Shown: positions 1-15,529, counted from the stretch's first letter. The stretch: 64,000 nt of DNA from the human T2T-CHM13v2.0 reference genome, Homo sapiens (GCF_009914755.1 NC_060936.1), one strand, 5' to 3'. Made by a program: numbers and translations. Notes: generated by a model from the letters alone, not told the origin.

Positions 1-409
1 ACTTCAGATGTTCAGACTAAAAAAGATACATGTATTTAATGAACACAATTTGAAAGGAAGCCAACTATGTGTTTGGTGTTGAGATAATTATTTAAGTATT
101 AGCTCACTTAATCCTCTCCAGAACACTATGATATCCTCACTTTTAAGTTGGATGTTACGCTATTACTAAAACTCTTCAGCTCAGGATTAGGAGATTAAAG
201 TTTCTCTTCCATATCACCATAATTTTGCTAAATTTTCTTGGCACTTTGCAGAAATTTTAAATGTCAATGCATTTATATATTCAGTGATATTTCGGAACCC
301 CTATATTCATTAGATTGTTCATCTCCCTTTCCTTTTAACTAAAATATATATAATGGGGCCAGTACAATGTTGCATGTTAATTTTTATTCAGATGCTATTG
401 ATTAGGAGA

Positions 410-3400
410 TTGGAGTGGGGCCTCAAGATGGCTGACTAGAAAGAAGCCTTTCATGCCCACCTCCTCCATTTTAAAAACCAAAATAGTGTATAGACAGTCA
501 CATATTGAATATATTACCTGAGAGACGGTGGTGGAATTCAATAAGGAAGTGACAAAAACACCAAAAGCAGGAAGGAGAAGGGAGAGAGAGACAGTCTGCC
601 TGCCCAGAATCAGCTGGAAGCTGGGAGTGACTTCCCAGCCCAGGGATTAGGTGAGCAAGACACATCCAATGGCCCACATCACTATCATGGAATTATGCAG
701 TCCTGACTATAGGAGAACCCCTTATTATTCTCAACCCCTGAAACTATCATAGGGAGTTGCCAATAGACTGCAGAAAGAAGGAACTGCTCCAGGGAGGGAG
801 CTTGCACTGGGTCCCACACCCTTTCTGAGACCTAAGTGGCTACAGCAAGGTGCCATTTTTAAACCTAGCTTTTGACAGGCTTTCTGTTGTCCTGGGGTGC
901 AGCAGCGTTGAGTCTGAGGTGTTAGGGAAACTTGGGCTGTCCCTGATGGGACTGAGGAGCAAGCCGAGAATGTTCCTACAGCCAAGGCTAAGAAGCAAGT
1001 GAGGTGTGGGCTGTAGCGGCCACTGCCAGGAAGCAAGCACTGCTAGGACAGAGACTGAGACACAAGCAGGATGCAAGTTGACACTGAGACATGGATGCCA
1101 GCTGGGTGGACACTCCTGTAGCCAGGGCTAGGGCCTGAGCTAGGCTCAGGCTACCACTGGTAGTGGTGGAGTATGAGACAGACCTGTGTTTTCTACCAGC
1201 TATGGCCACTGAGGATAACCCCACCCTCTCCAATGGCAGGGTCTCAGTATCGCTGCTACTGCTTCTCCCCGGAGCATTGCACCTGGCACCTGAGGATTAC
1301 CCTACCCCACCCACAATGGTTGGTGCTTGCTTTCCCCACTCGGGGTACTGAGCAAAAGGCCACCCAGCCCGGCATTGCATCTGCAAGACAGAGCACGTAG
1401 CCTGTGGCCTTGGGGATGGCCCAACCCAATTTACCACTCTGGAACCAGAGCACTCCTACTAGCATCCTGAAGTTGGCTCTAAACTCCCAGCCACTACCAC
1501 TTCAGCTGGCACTTATCTGCAAGTGCCATCTGTGAGCCTGGAAATGGGCCCGCCTAGCCCATTGCTGCTACCACCAACATCAACACACACCAACTGAGAC
1601 CCAAATAATTTTTCTGCCATTGCTATTGCCATCCTCCATGCCACACCAGCTACCCAATGTCCAAGTATCTGAACACCCACTTGGCCTACTGCTGCCACTA
1701 CTGGAATCTGAGCAAGACATCTGGAGTTTCAAGAGTCAGCCCTCCAGTAACTGCAAACAAAAGTACCTGTGTATATCACCCAGTGGAACAAAAATAGGCA
1801 AACTCAACCCACTGCTGCCAGCACTGTGGCCTGAACACTGGCCCACCTGATATCCTAGTACCCAGCATAACTTCACCACAGCCTCCACTAATAACCATAC
1901 CCTAACCCACCAAAAAATGACAGGCATCACTAATGCTGTATGTAGCAAAAGAAATTATACAGAGACACACTTAGAATCAAAGTCAAAGTACCCTACCCGA
2001 ACAACTCCATAGAAATATCCTTAGGAAAAGTTCTCCCCTACACAAGTAAATTCAAAAATAGGAAGAAGCAACAGTTACACCATATGTGCAGATATCAATG
2101 CAAGGATACATGAAGCATGAAAAAACAAGGAAATGTGACACCGCCAGAGGAACACTGTAATTCTCTAGTAATAGATCTTAATCGAAACAAAATGCAACAT
2201 TTCAGGCAAAGAATTCAAAATATTTATTTTTCAAACACTCAGTGAAACACAAGAGAAGTCTGAAAATGATACAAAGAAATCAGAAAAAACAATCCAGGAT
2301 ATGAATGAGAAATTTACCAAAGATATTTTTTTCCTTAAGAAAAAACAAATAGAAATTCTGGAACTGAGGTACTTTTTGAAGGAAAAACAAAATACATTTG
2401 AAAGTATCAAAACTGGAAGCTAGATCAGGCAGAAGAAATAATCTCAGAATTTGAAGATAGGTCTTTTGAAATAATGCAGTCAGACAAAAATATAGAAAAA
2501 AAACTTAAAAAGAATGAGCAAAGCCATTTTGACATTTGAGACAACATAAAACCATTGGATAGTCAAGTTACTGATATCTCCAAGGGTGAAGAAACAACAA
2601 CAAAAAGATTAGAAACTGTTTAACGAAATGATAGATGAAAATTTCCCAAATCTAGCAAAAGATTTAGACATTCAGATAAAAGAGGCTTAGCAATCCCCAG
2701 GTTGATAAAATACAAATGTGTCTCCATGGCACATTATAGTATGACTGTCTAAAGCTATAGATAAAAAGCCAATCCTAAAAACAGCAAGAGAAAATATCTA
2801 GTCATCTATAAAGGGAACCCCATTAGATTAAAAGCAGATTTGTCAGTTGAACACTTACAGGCCAGAAGAGAATTGGATGATCTACTCAGTGCTGAAAAAA
2901 TGTCAGTCAAAAATGCTATATCCAGCAAAATTATCCTTCATTAATGACGTAGAAATAAAGTCTTTCCTAGTCAAGCAAATGCTGAGGGAATCCATAACCA
3001 CTAGACCAGTCCTACAAGAAATGCTCGTCCTAAACCAGAAAGCAAAAGAACAACATTCACCAGCATGAAAACAAGTAAAAGTGTAAAATCACTGGTTAAA
3101 ATAATAATACAAAGGAGGAAGAGATAAAACTCAAACAGTGCCACTGCAGAAATCCACCAAACAACAAAGAGTATCAATAAGAGAAAAAGAAAAGGACAAG
3201 GAATATATACAACAACCAGAAAACAACAATATGACAGGAACAAAGCCTCACGTATCAATAATAATCTTAAATATAAATGAACTAAATTCTCCACTTAAAA
3301 GTTATAGACTGGCTGAATAGATTAGAAAACATGAACCAACTTTTGCTACTAATAAGAAACTCACCTTACCAGTGAAGACACATATAGACTGAAAGTAAAG

Positions 3401-5280
3401 GAATGGAAAAAGATATTCCACATAAAAGGAAACCAAAAGCAAGCAGGAATAGCTACATTTATATCAGGTAAAATGGACTTTAAGTGAAAAGCAGTTTAAA
3501 AAAAGACAAAAGTCATTATATAATCATAAAGGAATGAATTCAGTAAGAGAATATAACAATTCTATATATACATGTACTCAACACTGGAGTACCCAGATTT
3601 ATAAAGAAAATATTACTAGATCTAAAGAGAGAGAGGCTATAAAGAATAATAGTGAGAGACTTTAACACCCCACTCTCAGCATTAGGCAGATTATCTAGAC
3701 AGAAAATCAGCAAAGAAACATTGGATTTAAACTAGTCTTTAGTCCAAATGGACATAATAGACATTTACACAACATTCTATCCAGCGATGGCAGAATATAC
3801 ATTCCTATCATAAGCATGTGGAAAATTCTCCAGGATAGATCATATGTGAGACAGCAAAACAAGTCTCATCAATTTTTTTTAAAAATTGAAATTATATCAA
3901 GTATCTTCTCAGACCACAATGGAATAAAACTAGAAATCAATACCAAGAGGAACACTGAAAAGTAAACAACAAGCTCCTGCATTAACATTGAGCCAATGAA
4001 GAAATTAAGATGAAAATAAAAAGGTTTCGAAACAAATGAAAATAAAGACAGAGCATACCAAAACCTATAGGGTACAGCAAAAGCAATGCAAAGAGAGAAT
4101 TTTATAGCAATAAATGCCAACATCAAAAAAGCAGAAAAATTCACAATCTAAAGGAACTAGAAAAACAAGAACAAACCAAATTCAAAATTAGCAGATGAAA
4201 AAAAATAAAAATGAGACCAGAACTAAATGAAATAGAGACTAAATAAACAATACAAAGGATCAGTAAAACAAAAAGTTGGTTATTCAAAAATATAAACAAA
4301 ATGGATAAACCTGCAGCTAAACTAATCAAGCAGAAAGACCTAAATAAACAAACTAAGAAATAAAAAAGGATATATTACAACAGATACCACAGAAATACAG
4401 AAGATCATCAGAGAACTATTATGACCAACTATACACTGAAAAACTGGAAATGGATAAATTCCTAGAAACATACAACCTACCAAGGTTAAATCAGGAGGTA
4501 GAAAACCTAAACAGACCAATAACAAGTAGCAAGAGTGAATCAGTAATAAAAAGTCTCTCAACATAGAAAAACCCTGTATCAGATGGAATCACAGTTGAAT
4601 TCAATCATACATACAAAGAAGAACTAATAACTACCTTCCTGAAACCATTCCAACAAATTGAAGATGAGAGTATTCTCCCTATCTCATTTTATGAGGCCAG
4701 CATCAACCCGACACCAAAACCAGACAAGAACACAACAAAACAAGAAATCCCTAATATGTCTAAGGAACATGGACACAAAAATCTGCAACAAAACACTAGC
4801 AAAATAAATCCAATAACATAACAAAAAGATAATACACCTTGATCAAGTGGCATTTATACCAGGTATGCAAGGATTGTTCAACATATGCAATTCTATAAAG
4901 GTGATACATTACATTAATGGAATGGGGGACAAAAACCATATGATATTCCAATAGATGCAGAAAAAAAATTTGACAAAATTTAATATCCCTTTATGACAAC
5001 AACTCTCAACAAGCTAGGTATAGAAGGAATGTACCTCAACATAATAAAGGCCGTATAGGACAAACGCATAGCTAACCTCATACTCAAAGGGGAAACGCAG
5101 AAAGCCTTTTCCTTAAGAACTAGAAGAAGACAAGGATGCCAGCTGTCATCACTCCTATTCCACATAGGATTGATACCTAAATGTCCTGACTTGATCACTG
5201 TGCATTATAAACATGTAATAAAAGTATTCATTGCCCCATAAATTTATACAAATTTTTTTTAAAAAAAGAAATAAATAAAA
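410..5280 (+). mobile_element. Old LINE-1 (L1MA-type/L1M2-like) with 5'UTR, ORF1 and ORF2 EN/RT remnants, large internal deletion, 3' end and poly(A)
   Basis: Starts with L1-type caagatggctgactaga. ORF1-like peptide MLYPAKLSFINDVEIKSF..MLRESITTRPVLQEML (2847-3068). ORF2 start MTGTKPHVSIIILNINELNSPLK at 3231. RT-region sequence runs to 5167, then an L1MA-like terminus and A tail. Degenerate TSD 390-409/5281-5300 (16/20). Many stops and frameshifts. Confidence 0.92.
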
Positions 5281-5555
5281 AGATATTTTTAATTAGGAGA
5301 AAGTCAAATATAATTTGAAAAATAAGCCACTCATAAACCCTAATCTAAGTTAAGTTAAAAAGGTCACTTTGCTTGAGTATGGAAAATGTGACTGGCAAAT
5401 ACAGAATAAAGTGCCATTTGAGGAAATACGTACATTTTACAAGATGTTTGTTGCATGTACCCTGCTGAAATATCAGTGAGTATCTTGATGAACAAGTTTT
5501 CAATAAATTTATATTAATTAGCTTGTTATTGGTTCCTCTAAAATATGTATTGTTA

Positions 5556-5820
5556 ATAGCAGGTAGAAGGAATAAGTTCAGTGTTCAATAATAAAATAGG
5601 AAATTGTAGTTAACAATAATTTACGGTATACTTCAAAATAGCTAGAAGAGAAGAATTGCTATGTTCCCAACACGAAAGAAAACATAAATGTTTGAGGTGA
5701 TGGGTATCCCAATTATCCTGATTTGATCATCACACATTGTATATAGGCATCAAATTATCACATGTACCCCCATAATATATATAACTTATGTATCAATAAT
5801 CATTGTAAAAGAAAAAATAA
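5556..5820 (+). mobile_element. L1MA 3' end fragment
   Basis: gctagaagagaagaattg..gttcccaacac..gaggtgatgggtatcccaattatcctgatttgatc..cacatgtacccc is typical L1MA 3'UTR. Confidence 0.85.
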
Positions 5821-5914
5821 TAATTTTTAGTTTCCCTGAGGAGATGCTTTAGACACTTTTGCTTCCTTCCTATCTCTGTCAAGCAAAACTAAATATTAAG
5901 TAGTAGAGTCTTCT

Positions 5915-6030
5915 GTGTAAGATTGAAGATTATGGAGGGCAACAATCTGCTTTGTTCATCTTTGTATTCCTAGTGTCTAGCACAGTGCCTTGAACATAGT
6001 AGATGTTCAATAAATGTATGTTGAATAAAA
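5915..6030 (+). mobile_element. L2 3' end
   Basis: tattcctagtgtctagcacagtgcc..atagtagatgttcaataaatgtatgttgaat. Confidence 0.75.
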
Positions 6031-6149
6031 GAGCACATGAATTATTAATATGAATACATTATTATTTGTCACACCATCCAATTAATAGACTTTTAGGGAT
6101 TTGTTATGTTTAATGTACATATCCAATGTAAGATGAATTCTGTAGTAGT

Positions 6150-6430
6150 CGATCTTGTTTTTTAATGACGAAAATGTGTCTCAAACTAACGTAGGCAAAA
6201 GGGGGATTTTATGCAATGATATAATACCACATACCTGAAGGCTGTATAAGCAAATGCTAAGAAGGATGGAGTCAAGGTGTAGCTGGACCTAAAGTATACC
6301 TTAACTAGAGACATCCAGAATCAACACTGTCAGCTTCTCTGAATACGGGCTTCATTTCCAATGAAAACTAACTCCTTTATGCCTTAGAAAACATACCTGA
6401 TCCTAAGTCTAGGTATTTTCATATCTTGCA
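6150..6430. mobile_element. Degraded MLT1-like (MaLR) LTR fragment
   Basis: ctcaaactaacgtaggcaaaagggggattt resembles the old MLT1 LTR motif; boundaries uncertain. Confidence 0.4.
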
Positions 6431-7280
6431 GCACTTCCAATCCCCCTCCTACCAGTAAGTATGTTTTTGTGATAGTTTTTACAAATATTATGTTGTAAAT
6501 GGCCAGTTCAGGTGATAAAGCATAAATATTTTGTTGACATATTGATTGGAAAATTAATGGGAAAACATTAGGTTGAAAACTTGAACAGATATTCTGTTCA
6601 ATAAAAGTTCTTTGAATAGTTTAATAAAAAAGAAATTGTGGCTTATGCTGAAGTTAATGAATATTAGGGATAAAAGTAATTAAAATATTTTAAATTATTT
6701 TAAGTAATATTTGCCATCTTTTCAGACTCCATGGAAACAATATTCTGCTTATCTCTCCATATCCCCAACATTTGGCACATTGCCTGGTGTATTGTAAATT
6801 GTTGGTTTACATTTGTTATTAATATATTGATAATAAGGTCTTCTCGGCTCACATATGAATGGACTACAATTAGGCAGTTGTGATAAGAAAGTATGTACAA
6901 AACTAGCAAATGCATCCCATATTGTGACCCACTCATACTTAAAGGGCAAATTATATAATACAAATTGTTTAGAGATAAATGCCCTGCAAGATAAGCAAGG
7001 ATCTAGACCAAAAAGAATATGTCTGGTTGGGCCTGGTTTGTATCATATTCTTAAAAATAGCCTGAAATAGTACATCGTTTCTTTGGAATTCATTGAAGAT
7101 GTTAAATACGTGGGAAATCCTTGAGAGGAGTAGAACTAAGTAGAAATAATAATAAAGATTTTGAGAGAAGTGGTTATTTCTGCCAAATTAGCTAGAAGAA
7201 CAAGAACATGGCTAAATATTTTCACATAGATATATTTGGATGAGACTTTTGCAGGAGTGCGTGAATGCCAATATTGTTAA

Positions 7281-7626
<346 letters not shown>

Positions 7627-8799
7627 ACAATGATTTTTTGAAGTTATTGAATGCAAGCAAAATCACAAATATTGTTTTTTTGTGTGTGTTCTTTACTGAA
7701 AGTAGAACGTAGCCCTCACCTATGAAAATATGAATGCCTTTAAGCAAAGCCTTCCCTTAATTTAAATTGAACCTAAAAAAATGCTTCTTGCAGTAGTGAA
7801 AAAAATATTTTTGGTAATCTAAGAGTGATATTATTTAGAATTTCCCTCTCTAATCCTTCACCAAGAATAAAATGAAATCTTAGAAACGGAAGAAGTCTTA
7901 TAAAGATTGTGACTAACCCTTTAGTTTTTACAGGTAGAAACTGAATTTCTCATGATTGATTCTTGCTGTCTAAGGACCTACTATTTATGCATACCCATGC
8001 AATGAAAACTAAGTTTAAAAGCATAAATAGTTAAAAGTGTAATAATAATTGAAAATTGCAGTAACGTTTTTCTTAATTGTATAATTATTGATTCAAGTTT
8101 AATGTTCTTTATGTGAATTACATTTTTAGTTTGAGGGAAAATATTTTTTAATGAATTGTTTTTGCTTTGCTAAGTGATCTATTTCAAGAAACAGTCTTTC
8201 TCCAGAAAATAAAGGAAATTTCAATGAAAGAAAAAGCACTCTTCTGTTATTCCAAACATGTATATTTCTTAGATCTTAACCACGGAAGAGTAATGTTGAA
8301 AGAAAATCATTCATGAGCATTGATTAGGAAATTGGTGCCCATTGAGATATGCTCAGCATCAATATAAACGTAATTTTTCTTTAAAAGAGCTAGTTGTATG
8401 TCAGTTGACTTGCTGAAAATGCTTCGGTTATATTATTAAAAACAGAAATTTCAGTGGCTTTTAACTTAGGAATAAACAAGAGTAAAGGTGAGAAACTTGA
8501 AATGCAAGTTTATCAATCTCCCTTTGTCATATAGAAAATTGATTAGAATTGTTAGCCCAGTAAAGTGCAGATATATAATAGATACTAAATGTAGAAAAAC
8601 TAAGAACATAATATTGGCTACAAATTAGACAATGCAAGAAGAATGAACACAGGTTAATTTAACTTGTTAGTCTCAAATATATATTATCACCTGTTTCACA
8701 GCAAAATTATACTATTTATTGTGTTTTATTGACAGAACAGAGTACCAAGTAAAAGAAGAACTATTAGACTATTAAAAAATAAAAAATGCCATCACATCT

Positions 8800-9147
8800 G
8801 AATTTATGTTAATGAGATGGTGTTGAATAAAGCTCCTAGATAGCCTCAAGACGGGGGCTAGTCACCAGAAAGACCAAATAATTAGAGAGCTGGAAATTTC
8901 ATTTCCACCCGCCAGCCTCTGGAGATGAGAGGAGGGCTGGAGAGTGAGTTATATAAACTTTTCACCAATGAGATTCAGGGAGCATCCCACTTGGTGAGCA
9001 CACTGGGGTATGGGGAGCGTGGTGCACCCAGAGAGGGCACAGAAGCTCTGCACCACTCCCCAACCCCCATAACTTGCCCTATGTATCTCTTCTATTTGTT
9101 CCCGAATTGTAGCCTTTATAATAAACCAGTAAATGTAAAGAAAGTGT
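8800..9147. mobile_element. MER21-like LTR fragment
   Basis: gctcctagatagcctcaag..ggggctagtcaccagaaagacc..attagag; cccagagagggcacagaagctctgc; aataaacc. Inverse-related to the 23578-24303 element. Confidence 0.7.
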
Positions 9148-9466
9148 CAAAAACAATAAAAAATGAATATTAGTGGAATGGAAATTAAATATTCCCCATT
9201 AACAGTAAAAAATGATTACCGACAGATTGAGTTGGGGAATGTGAATTACATAGTGACTTTCGAGTGTGATCTAAAATGAATTCAGCAAACAGATCTATGG
9301 GAAATAATCAGTTTATAGGTGATAAAAAATTACTTCAGCAATAACACTGCGGAGAAAGTTAGAAAAACAGTAAACTCATACAGATAATTGATACAAAAAG
9401 GACAGAGCAAATTCTCCAGTAATTAATAAATAAATGGCAGGGATTGGGGTGAGGGTAAAAAAAAAA

Positions 9467-10699
<1,233 letters not shown>

Positions 10700-11046
10700 T
10701 TTCAATTGCAATTTCTGTAGCAAAGTACTTCAAATCAGCCAAAACTTTTTTTTTGTTTTAACGTTTATATTTCAGGGGAAAAAAACTGAATTCACTAATG
10801 GTTGCTCTTAATTTGTGTTACTTTCAAATGTTGTGTTCACTATTTATGCAAATTAAAACTGTAAACTGAAATTTTAATTTTATCAGTTTCATGGAAAAGT
10901 TTAGAAAGCAGTGGATTTATAATGTGAATAGCAATTACAATTATATTTTACTAGTTATATCCCAGGCACATTCTTGAATAAGAAGTTGAATTACAGCCTG
11001 AAGGAGTGGGCTGTCCCTCTCCTGTTGGGGATCCTCCACTGGGAAT

Positions 11047-11383
11047 CAGTGGCCCCCAACCGTTTTGGCACCAGGGACAGGTTTCATGCAAAACAGTTTT
11101 TCCACGGATGGGGTGAGGATGGTTTTGGGATGAAACTGTTCCACCTCAGATCATAAGGCATTAGATTCTCATAAGAAGCGCACAATCTAGATCCTTTGCA
11201 TCACTTGCACGGGCAGTTCACAATAGAGTTTGCGCTCCTGTGAGAATCTAATGCTGCCACTGATCTGACAGGAGCTCAGGCAGCAATGCTTGCCTGCACT
11301 CTGCTCACCTCCTGCTGTGCGGCCCCCTTCCTAACAGGCCACAGACCCATACCACTCGGCAGCCTGGGGTTTCGGGACCCCTG
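11047..11383 (-). mobile_element. MER1B (hAT-Charlie non-autonomous)
   Basis: Termini cagtggcccccaacc..gggacccctg; internal cattagattctcata/tgagaatctaatg palindromic motif. Confidence 0.9.
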
Positions 11384-12309
11384 TTCTAGAGTTTCTAAAC
11401 TCTACAAATATTTTTTCTAGGAATAGTCAGCTTTATGCCTTGACAGAATGGATTCTCCAGGCTGTGATTTGACATCAGAATTCATATAAGGATTCATGTA
11501 TAAAGAACGCATCTGATACTCTTCTCTACTTCCCTTTAAATTACTATTTCCCCCAATTTCATTTATATTAAGTCAAAATTCCTATAGTGTTTAATGTTAG
11601 CAAAAATGGTACTGTGCTCTAGGCTAGATTATTAATTCCTTTCATATTGTTACCTCATTTATTATTGTGTTGAAAGCTTTATTGACTATGTAAGCTGTCA
11701 CAATTTTTTTGGAAGTATTAGTGTTTATATAATGAAAAATTAAGTAGGTGAATAATGTATGAGTTAGCATCTAGCCCCTCACTTGTTTTGAATGAGTCAA
11801 GAGATTCAGATACTATTTTGAAAGTTATAATAAACAGTAATATGACCACATTCAGTTCTCTTTTAAAACGATATAGATGTAATAAAATGAAGGAAGGATA
11901 TTTCGAAAATGCTCTTTTGATTTTTTTTCAAGTCCTTTCAAGGATGCATGTCACATGTCTGGTTCCTAGCAAAGGTACTTGGTCTTTAGGTCTTCTCAAA
12001 GTTGTAAGTCCTACTGAAGTTGTACTGTACTGAGTTATACATGATGGTTTTATATTGTAGTTCAGACACTCTAGGGCACCAGGTGTGTTTTTTTTTTTTT
12101 TTTTCCAGTAACAGTAGGGACTGGTTATAAAGGAGAAAAATCACTTCTTTCCCTATGGATTAATTGCCCTCTTAAATAAAATAATCAAATACAGTATAAG
12201 AATATAATGTAATCATATTTGTGATAGATCCAAATTACTAAGGTAATGAACTATCAAAAGAAAACATTCCTGTGGAGTTAAAAGGATCAATAAATATTAG
12301 TGTGGTTGT

Positions 12310-12480
12310 ACCATCAAACACTGGACTAAGAACCGAAGAACCTGAATTTAGTCCCTTGAGATTTTAGACAAATGGCTTAATCTCTCTAAGCTTCAGGCTA
12401 CTGATCATTAAAATGGGGATTAGTAATACCTGGCTTCACCAATTGTCAAACTGCTCATGAAGTACAAGTGAAATATTCCC
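12310..12480 (+). mobile_element. MIR
   Basis: actggactaagaaccgaagaacctgaattt..cttaatctctctaagcttcag..aaaatggggattagtaatacct. Confidence 0.7.
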
Positions 12481-13095
12481 TGAACTGCTTATAATCTTTA
12501 CACTTATTTAAAAAAGGTGTAAAGACCAAGAAGGTAAATTTAACATTAGCAACAACAAGAAAACCTACATACTTGATTAATAAGGGTGATTTTATTTGAT
12601 TAATATATATGTAAAGTTAGTCATTCAGGGAAAGTAAAACATAAACAAATGTAATAAATACATTAATGACTGACTCCAAAAGAAGCATATTATAGCTTGG
12701 AAATCATAGTGAATCTCTCAACCAATTCCTGCAAAACTGACTCATAATTATGCCCCAATCGAGTCTACCCTCTGATTCCCCTAATAGCAATCATGGAGCT
12801 TGGTTGTAATTGATTAGGAGAAACAAAGGTAACTGTGCTAGCCATTATATTAGGGTCTCTAATTTATTCTCAAACTATCTGAAGAATTTCTATTAAGGGG
12901 ACTGAGTCTACATAAAATATGGAATGCTAACAACACTTTCTTAATTACCTTTGTAGTAATTGCTAATGTATAATAATATATTAAACAAATAATAGTGATT
13001 TGTATTATTAAAATAAGGATTTTCAATTTCTCAGCATGCCATATGCAGCCAAAGCCAAACAAATTCAAATAAGGAAAAGACTCTTTTTTTAAAGC

Positions 13096-13275
13096 CTGTG
13101 AGACACAGAATACTATTTTAGTGAGATACATATATGGTACATACAGTATATATATAGTACATACAGTATATATGCATCTCACCAAATATATATATCTCAC
13201 TGTATTCTGTGAAACATAGAATACTATTTTAGTGAGATCTATATATATATATGTGGGTACTATACATATATGTAG
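13096..13275. repeat. 32-bp direct duplication with internal inverted copies and TA-rich tracts
   Basis: ctgtga(g/a)aca(c/t)agaatactattttagtgagat at 13096-13127 and 13207-13238; inverted copy at 13194-13211. Confidence 0.85.
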
Positions 13276-13612
13276 TTAAGAATCAATTCCAATCAACTCT
13301 TTAGAAAATGATATTGATGTATATTTGTAAATGCTTGTATCTTTAGCATTATAATCTATGCTTGTTGAGTCAATTCTATTTAATTTGAAATTGTGATTTT
13401 TACACAGGCACCCAACAATTTGCTAATTTTTCCTGAACTCTCCTTCCATGGACATGCCCTGTAAACCTACCTATATTGCTCATTATGAAATTAACTTATG
13501 ACAAATCTTTGTTCATTTTACATTTTTCTAAAGACTGTTAGCTTGCATTCATTTGGCTTGAAGTTTCTATAGACTAGGCCACAGTTATTTTTTCTTTCTC
13601 TTGATTTTTCAG

Positions 13613-13711
13613 ATATGAATTTGAATTGATTCATTACTTTTCAGCCATTATGTTAGATGCATTCCAAACAGTGCCCTGCAGGGCTATCCAGAAGGAGTTT
13701 TGGTAAAAGGA
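13613..13711 (+). other. Candidate internal exon (alternative acceptor at 13645), host gene unidentified
   Basis: Acceptor tttctttctcttgatttttcag, second acceptor ttacttttcag, donor GGA|gtgagt; non-repeat sequence. Confidence 0.35.
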
Positions 13712-14875
13712 GTGAGTAGTTATTGAAAGCTCTATTCCTTTATATGTTATAAAACAAAATGGATTTGCTAAAGCCTTCCATCTGTTCCTTTATCATTCTT
13801 TGCATTAAAAAAAAAAGCTTTTAGAAGATGCAGACCCAGTCTGAATCTTTTATTGTTCCCATTTCAACTGACATAAACAAAATTATTCAGCGATGATATT
13901 AAAATATGAGCTAGTCTTTATAAGTTGCATGACTAGATGAATAAGTATAAATAGTTTTTGTATTCTTCAGCTGTCTATGAGATTATGGTTGGTGTAGATT
14001 TGTACCAAGTGATCTGAGGGGTTTCTTTAATTGTTAGTGGGAGTTGTGGATAAGGATATTTACTCATTTTTGCATTATTACTGTACTAAATCTAAGCCAA
14101 TTATAAATGATCAGTCCCCATTTTATTCTTTTTCATTTTGAAATTTAAAATACCATTTTCTTGGCATAAATGGTGTTTGTTTGGCATTTTGAGGTTTACA
14201 AAAACCATTTGATTGGCACGAAACGATTTATTTCCATCCAATTGTCTTGAATAGGGAATTACTTTCATCTAGATAACTTTCAGATTTTAGGGCATGAAAT
14301 GGAAGTATTCCTGCTGGGATTCTGATTGGGACTGTATTTACTGTGCAGTGAACCTTCATTTGCTACAAATCAAGGACTTTTCCAAAGCCTTTGAGTAGAC
14401 TTCTGATAGTGGTAGTAATTGGGACTCTGGATTAAAGGTGGTAACAGAGTTTCCATGTGCTCTGAGATCAAATAACATTTTAGTAAAATTAGAGCTTAGA
14501 AATAGGTGTGACTCTCGTCTCTAGTTTGTATATACTCTTTTCACTTTTCTCTTTCCCTCTCATTGTCCTGGCATTTTTCCAGTGCACTGGGGATGAAAGC
14601 CCTAGTTTAGAAAAAAGTATATACGTGCACGCTCACATGTGCACACACATGTATTTGCTTTAAATCATATTTCACAAAGGAGTAGGTAATCCGCATGAAA
14701 TATGCAGTCAAAAAGGAAGTCTTATCCATATTTTGAGACTCTGCTGGGACATCTATCTTTCAGCCATTCTCAGCCTCTCTGGGGTTAGTCTTGCTAGAGA
14801 ATTATATGCTCATTTTTGTTAAAACAACAAAACTACATTTGTAAAGTTGTTATTCATACTTTTTTCTCCCCTTAT

Positions 14876-15529
14876 TGTTACCAGCCAGGTCCAGGTCCAT
14901 TCTGACCATGCACAGTAAATTAATCACTGTGACGTGGGTTTTGCAGAAGAGAAATTTATTCACACAGACATCCAGCAAGGAGGCAGGAGCACACCTCTCA
15001 AATCTGCCTCCCCAAAGATAAGGCTTAGCGATATTTATGAGTTAGGGAAGTGGGGTGGTCTAAGGCATGGGGAAAGGTGATTCGCAGTGGGGAAAAATGA
15101 AGTAATGGGTTTATTCTGTGCAAGTATAGTCAGGATTGATGGCATTTCATAGGACATATGTACAGAAAATGGCAGCATTAGCATAATCTGAGGGTCAAGT
15201 TTTGGGCCCTCTGAGGTGAAAAGGACATCTTTCCGGTGCCTGTACAGGCTCCAAGTTGAAGGCTAGGTGGTCTCAACTGGCTTGAACTGGACAGGAGCTG
15301 GCCCAAGTTCTTGAAAAACAAATAAATCAACCATTACCATGGTGACCAATGGATGTTGTCTGTAAAGTAACCAGTGAAGGTTAAGTTTCAGCATTCAGCA
15401 GAGAGGCCTTCAGCTACAGTGGCTTTCAGCTTCATGGAAAAAAGAAAAAGAATAATAATAATAACAAAAAGCAAGTCAGTGAAAGCAAACAGGGCTGTCA
15501 GACCCGATCAAATTAACCCCTCGGTTTCC
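14876..15529 (-). mobile_element. Solo ERV1-class LTR (MER4-group/LOR1-like)
   Basis: tgttacc..ggtttcc termini with 4-bp TSD ttat; tttattc and tctcaaatctgcctcccc motifs. Confidence 0.7.

Noticed and set aside
731-1948. Cluster of 60-100 aa ORFs in GC-richer sequence
   Set aside because: They lie in the L1 5'UTR, overlap in several frames and show no protein motif.
13645-13711. HYVRCIPN resembles the myosin PHYVRCIKPN motif
   Set aside because: It lacks the K and the downstream residues do not resemble myosin, so no gene symbol was assigned.
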